Assembly (NCBI GenBank): GCA_964016885.1
Contig: OZ024742.1
Coordinates: 30,690,001-30,754,000, forward strand
Source: Eledone cirrhosa
Lineage: Eukaryota
Reading direction: 5' to 3'
DNA length: 64,000 bases
Below, in pieces: positions 62,000 through 64,000 of the stretch. The notes under the pieces are model-generated. The model made no database searches. It saw only the letters and a list, made by a program, of their open reading frames with translations, and was not told the origin of the DNA. The position numbers and the translations under genes were made by a program. Numbering within the stretch: position 1 is the first letter of the stretch; the number at the start of each line of letters is the position of its first letter.

Positions 62000-64000
62000 T
62001 GTAGTCTCTCTTAGTCCTAACTTGGTGTGGTCTCCCTCAGTCCTAAGTTGGTGTGGTCTCTCTCAGTCCTAAGTTGGTGTGGTCTATCTCACTCCTAAGT
62101 TGGTGTGGTCTCTCTCAGTCCTAAGTTGGTGTGGTCTCTCTCATTCCTAACTTGGTGTAGTCTCTTTCAGTCCTAAGTTGGTGTGTTCTCTCTCAGTCCT
62201 AACTTGGTGTGGTCTCTTTCATTCCTTACTTGGTGTAGTCTCTCTCAGTCCTAAGTTGGTGTGGTCTCTCTCAGGCCTAACTAGGAGTAGTCTCTCTCAG
62301 TCCTAAGTTGGTGTGGTCTCTCTCAGTCCTAACTTGGTGTGGTCTCTCTCAGTCCTAAGTTGGTGTGGTCTCTCTCATTCCTAACTTGGTGTAGTCTCTT
62401 TCAGTCCTAAGTTGGTGTGTTCTCTCTCAGTCCTAACTTGGTGTGGTCTCTCTCATTCCTTACTTGGTGTAGTCTCTCTCAGTCCTAACTTGGTGTAGTC
62501 TCTCTCAATCCTAAGTTGGTGTCGTCTCTCTCAGGCCTAACTAGGAGTAGTCTCTCTCAGTCCTAAGTTGGTGTGGTCTCTCTCAGTCCTAAGTTGGTGT
62601 AGTCTCTCTCAGTCCGAACTTGGTGTGGTCTCTCTCAGTCCTAACTTGTTGTGGTCTCTCTCAGTCCTACGTTTGTGCTGTCTCTCTCTCAGTCCTAACT
62701 TGGTGTGGTCTCTCGCAGTCCTAACTTGGTGTAGTCTCTCTACGTCCTAACTTGGTGTGGTCTCTCTCAGTCCGAACTTGGTGTGGTCTCTCTCAGTCCT
62801 AACTTGGTGTAGTCTCACTCAGTCCTAAGTTGGTGTGGTCTCTCTCAGTCCTAACTTGGTGTAGTCTCTCTCAGTCGTAACTTGGTGTGGTCTCTCTAAG
62901 TACTAACTTGGTGTAGTCTCTCTCAGTCCTAACATGGTGTAGTCTCTCTCAGTCTTAACTTGGTGTAGTCTCTCTCAGTCCTTACTTGGTGTAGTCTCTG
63001 TCAGTCCTAACTTGGTGTGGTCTCCCTCAGTCCTAAGTTGGTGTGGTCTCTCTCAGTCCTAACTTGGTGTGGTCTCTCTCAGTCCTTACTTGGTGTGGTC
63101 TCTCTCACTCCTAACTTGGTGTGGTCTCTCTCAGTCCTTACTTGGTGTAGTCACTCTCAGTCCTAACTTGGTATAGTCTCTCTCAGTCGTAACTTGGTGT
63201 AGTCTCTCTCAGTCGTAACTTCGTGTAGTCTCTCTCAGTCCTAAGTTGGTGTGGTCTCTCTCAACCCTAACTTGGTGTAGTCTCTCTCAGTCCTAACTTG
63301 TTGTGGTCTCTCTCAGTCCTAACTTGGTGTAGTCTCTCTCAGTTCTAACTTGGTGTAGTCTCTCTCAGTCCTAAGTTGGTGTGGTCTCTCTCAGTCCTAA
63401 CTTGGTGTGGTCTCTCTCAGTCCTAACTTAGTGTAGTCTCTCTCAGTCCTAAGTTGGTGTGCTCTCTCTCAGTCCTAACTTGGTGTAGTCTCTCTCAGTC
63501 CTAAGTTGGTGTGGTCTCTCTCAGTCCTAAGTTGGTGTAGTCTCTCTCAGTCCGAACTTGGTGTGGTCTCTCTCAGTCCTAACTTGTTGTGGTCTCTCTG
63601 AGTCCTAAGTTCGTGCTGTCTCTCTCTCGGTCCTAACTTGGTGTGGTATCTCTCAGTCCTCACTTGGTGTAGTCTCTCTCAGTCCTAATTTGGTGTAGTC
63701 TCTCTCAGTCCTCACTTGGTGTGGTCTCTCTAACACCTAACTTGGTGTAGTCTCTCTCAGTCCTAACATGGTGTAGTCTCTCTCAGTCTTAACTTGGTGT
63801 AGTCTCTCTCAGTCCTTACTTGGTGTACTCTCTCTCAGTTCTAACTTGGTGTAGTCTGTCTCAGTCCTAATTTGGTGTAGTCTCTCTCAGTCGTAACTTG
63901 GTGTGGTCTCTCTAACTCCTAACTTGGTGTAGTCTCTCTCAGTCCTAACATGGTGTAGTCTCTCTCAGTCTTAACTTGGTGTAGTCTCTCCTAGTCCTTA
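62000..64000 (+). repeat. Dispersed copy of the block at about 51.15-53.2 kb (also present at about 45-46.8 kb)
   Basis: CCTACGTTTG, CTCGCAG, TAACACCTAA (CACC at 46471, 52905, 63734) and CCTAGTCCTT shared. Identical pseudo-ORFs at 45173/51713/62568. Confidence 0.87.

Larger units (their letters stand above)
1..64000 (+). repeat. 26-bp tandem satellite/minisatellite array, consensus CAGTCCTAASTTGGTGTRGTCTCTCT, about 2,460 head-to-tail copies, open at both window ends
   Basis: CAGTCCTAA recurs with 26-bp period from position 1 (next at 27) to the last line. Most monomers differ from consensus at 0-2 sites, with occasional 24/25/28-bp length variants. No reverse-oriented copies or unique inserts seen. 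Confidence 0.99.

Noticed and set aside
998-62750. 32 short 60-75 aa ORFs (MVWSLSVLSW...)
   Set aside because: They begin at TTG/GTG inside the monomer and are direct translations of the satellite. Most exist only because the CCGAAC variant and the 28-bp frameshift skip TAA/TAG stops. No ribosome-binding, promoter or splice context is evident.
1-64000. CRISPR array
   Set aside because: Unit length is CRISPR-like, but units abut directly with no unique spacers, leader or cas genes.
1-64000. Long repetitive protein gene on either strand
   Set aside because: 26 is not a multiple of 3, so the stops in each monomer (TAA on +; TAG and TGA on -) hit every frame within about three units. The ORF track shows no minus-strand ORF.
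1-64000. Telomerase-synthesised yeast-type long telomeric repeat
   Set aside because: The 64 kb length, the many variants and the kb-scale block duplication of variant patterns do not fit templated addition of a fixed unit. Only the motif resemblance is kept as a weak finding.
1-64000. (CT)n microsatellite or G-quadruplex array
   Set aside because: CT runs are only about 4-5 units and part of the monomer. G-runs are almost all GG, so canonical three-tier G4 motifs are absent.
1-64000. Sequencing artefact, rolling-circle concatemer or synthetic encoded DNA
   Set aside because: Variants are shared hierarchically between distant blocks with substitution-dominated divergence, as expected from natural satellite evolution rather than random read error or design. 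Local copy-number mis-assembly remains possible.
1-64000. Embedded transposon, inversion or RNA gene
   Set aside because: No non-monomer segment and no reverse-complement monomer (AGAGAGAC...TTAGGACTG) was seen on the + strand when reading through the window.

Overview
The whole 64 kb window is one uninterrupted, single-orientation tandem array of a 26-bp monomer, consensus CAGTCCTAA[C/G]TTGGTGT[G/A]GTCTCTCT (about 2,460 copies by length; it runs off both ends). I saw no unique sequence, gene, RNA gene, transposon or CRISPR spacer. All 32 listed ORFs are artefacts of stop-removing monomer variants. The informative content is the order of variant monomers: (i) two near-binary positions, 10 (C/G) and 18 (G/A); (ii) a conserved multi-monomer cassette ending in a 28-bp variant, recurring roughly every 1.1 kb in two sub-families; (iii) a mosaic of nested tandem and dispersed duplications with periods from 106 bp to about 4.2 kb, the cleanest being a 1,509-bp (58-monomer) higher-order repeat in about 2.9 copies at 54.3-58.65 kb; (iv) regional zonation of variants. 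This looks like eukaryotic satellite or large minisatellite DNA, but organism and chromosomal position cannot be determined from the sequence. I found no evidence for a novel protein-coding system. Block boundaries were read by eye from diagnostic variants and are approximate to one or a few monomers.
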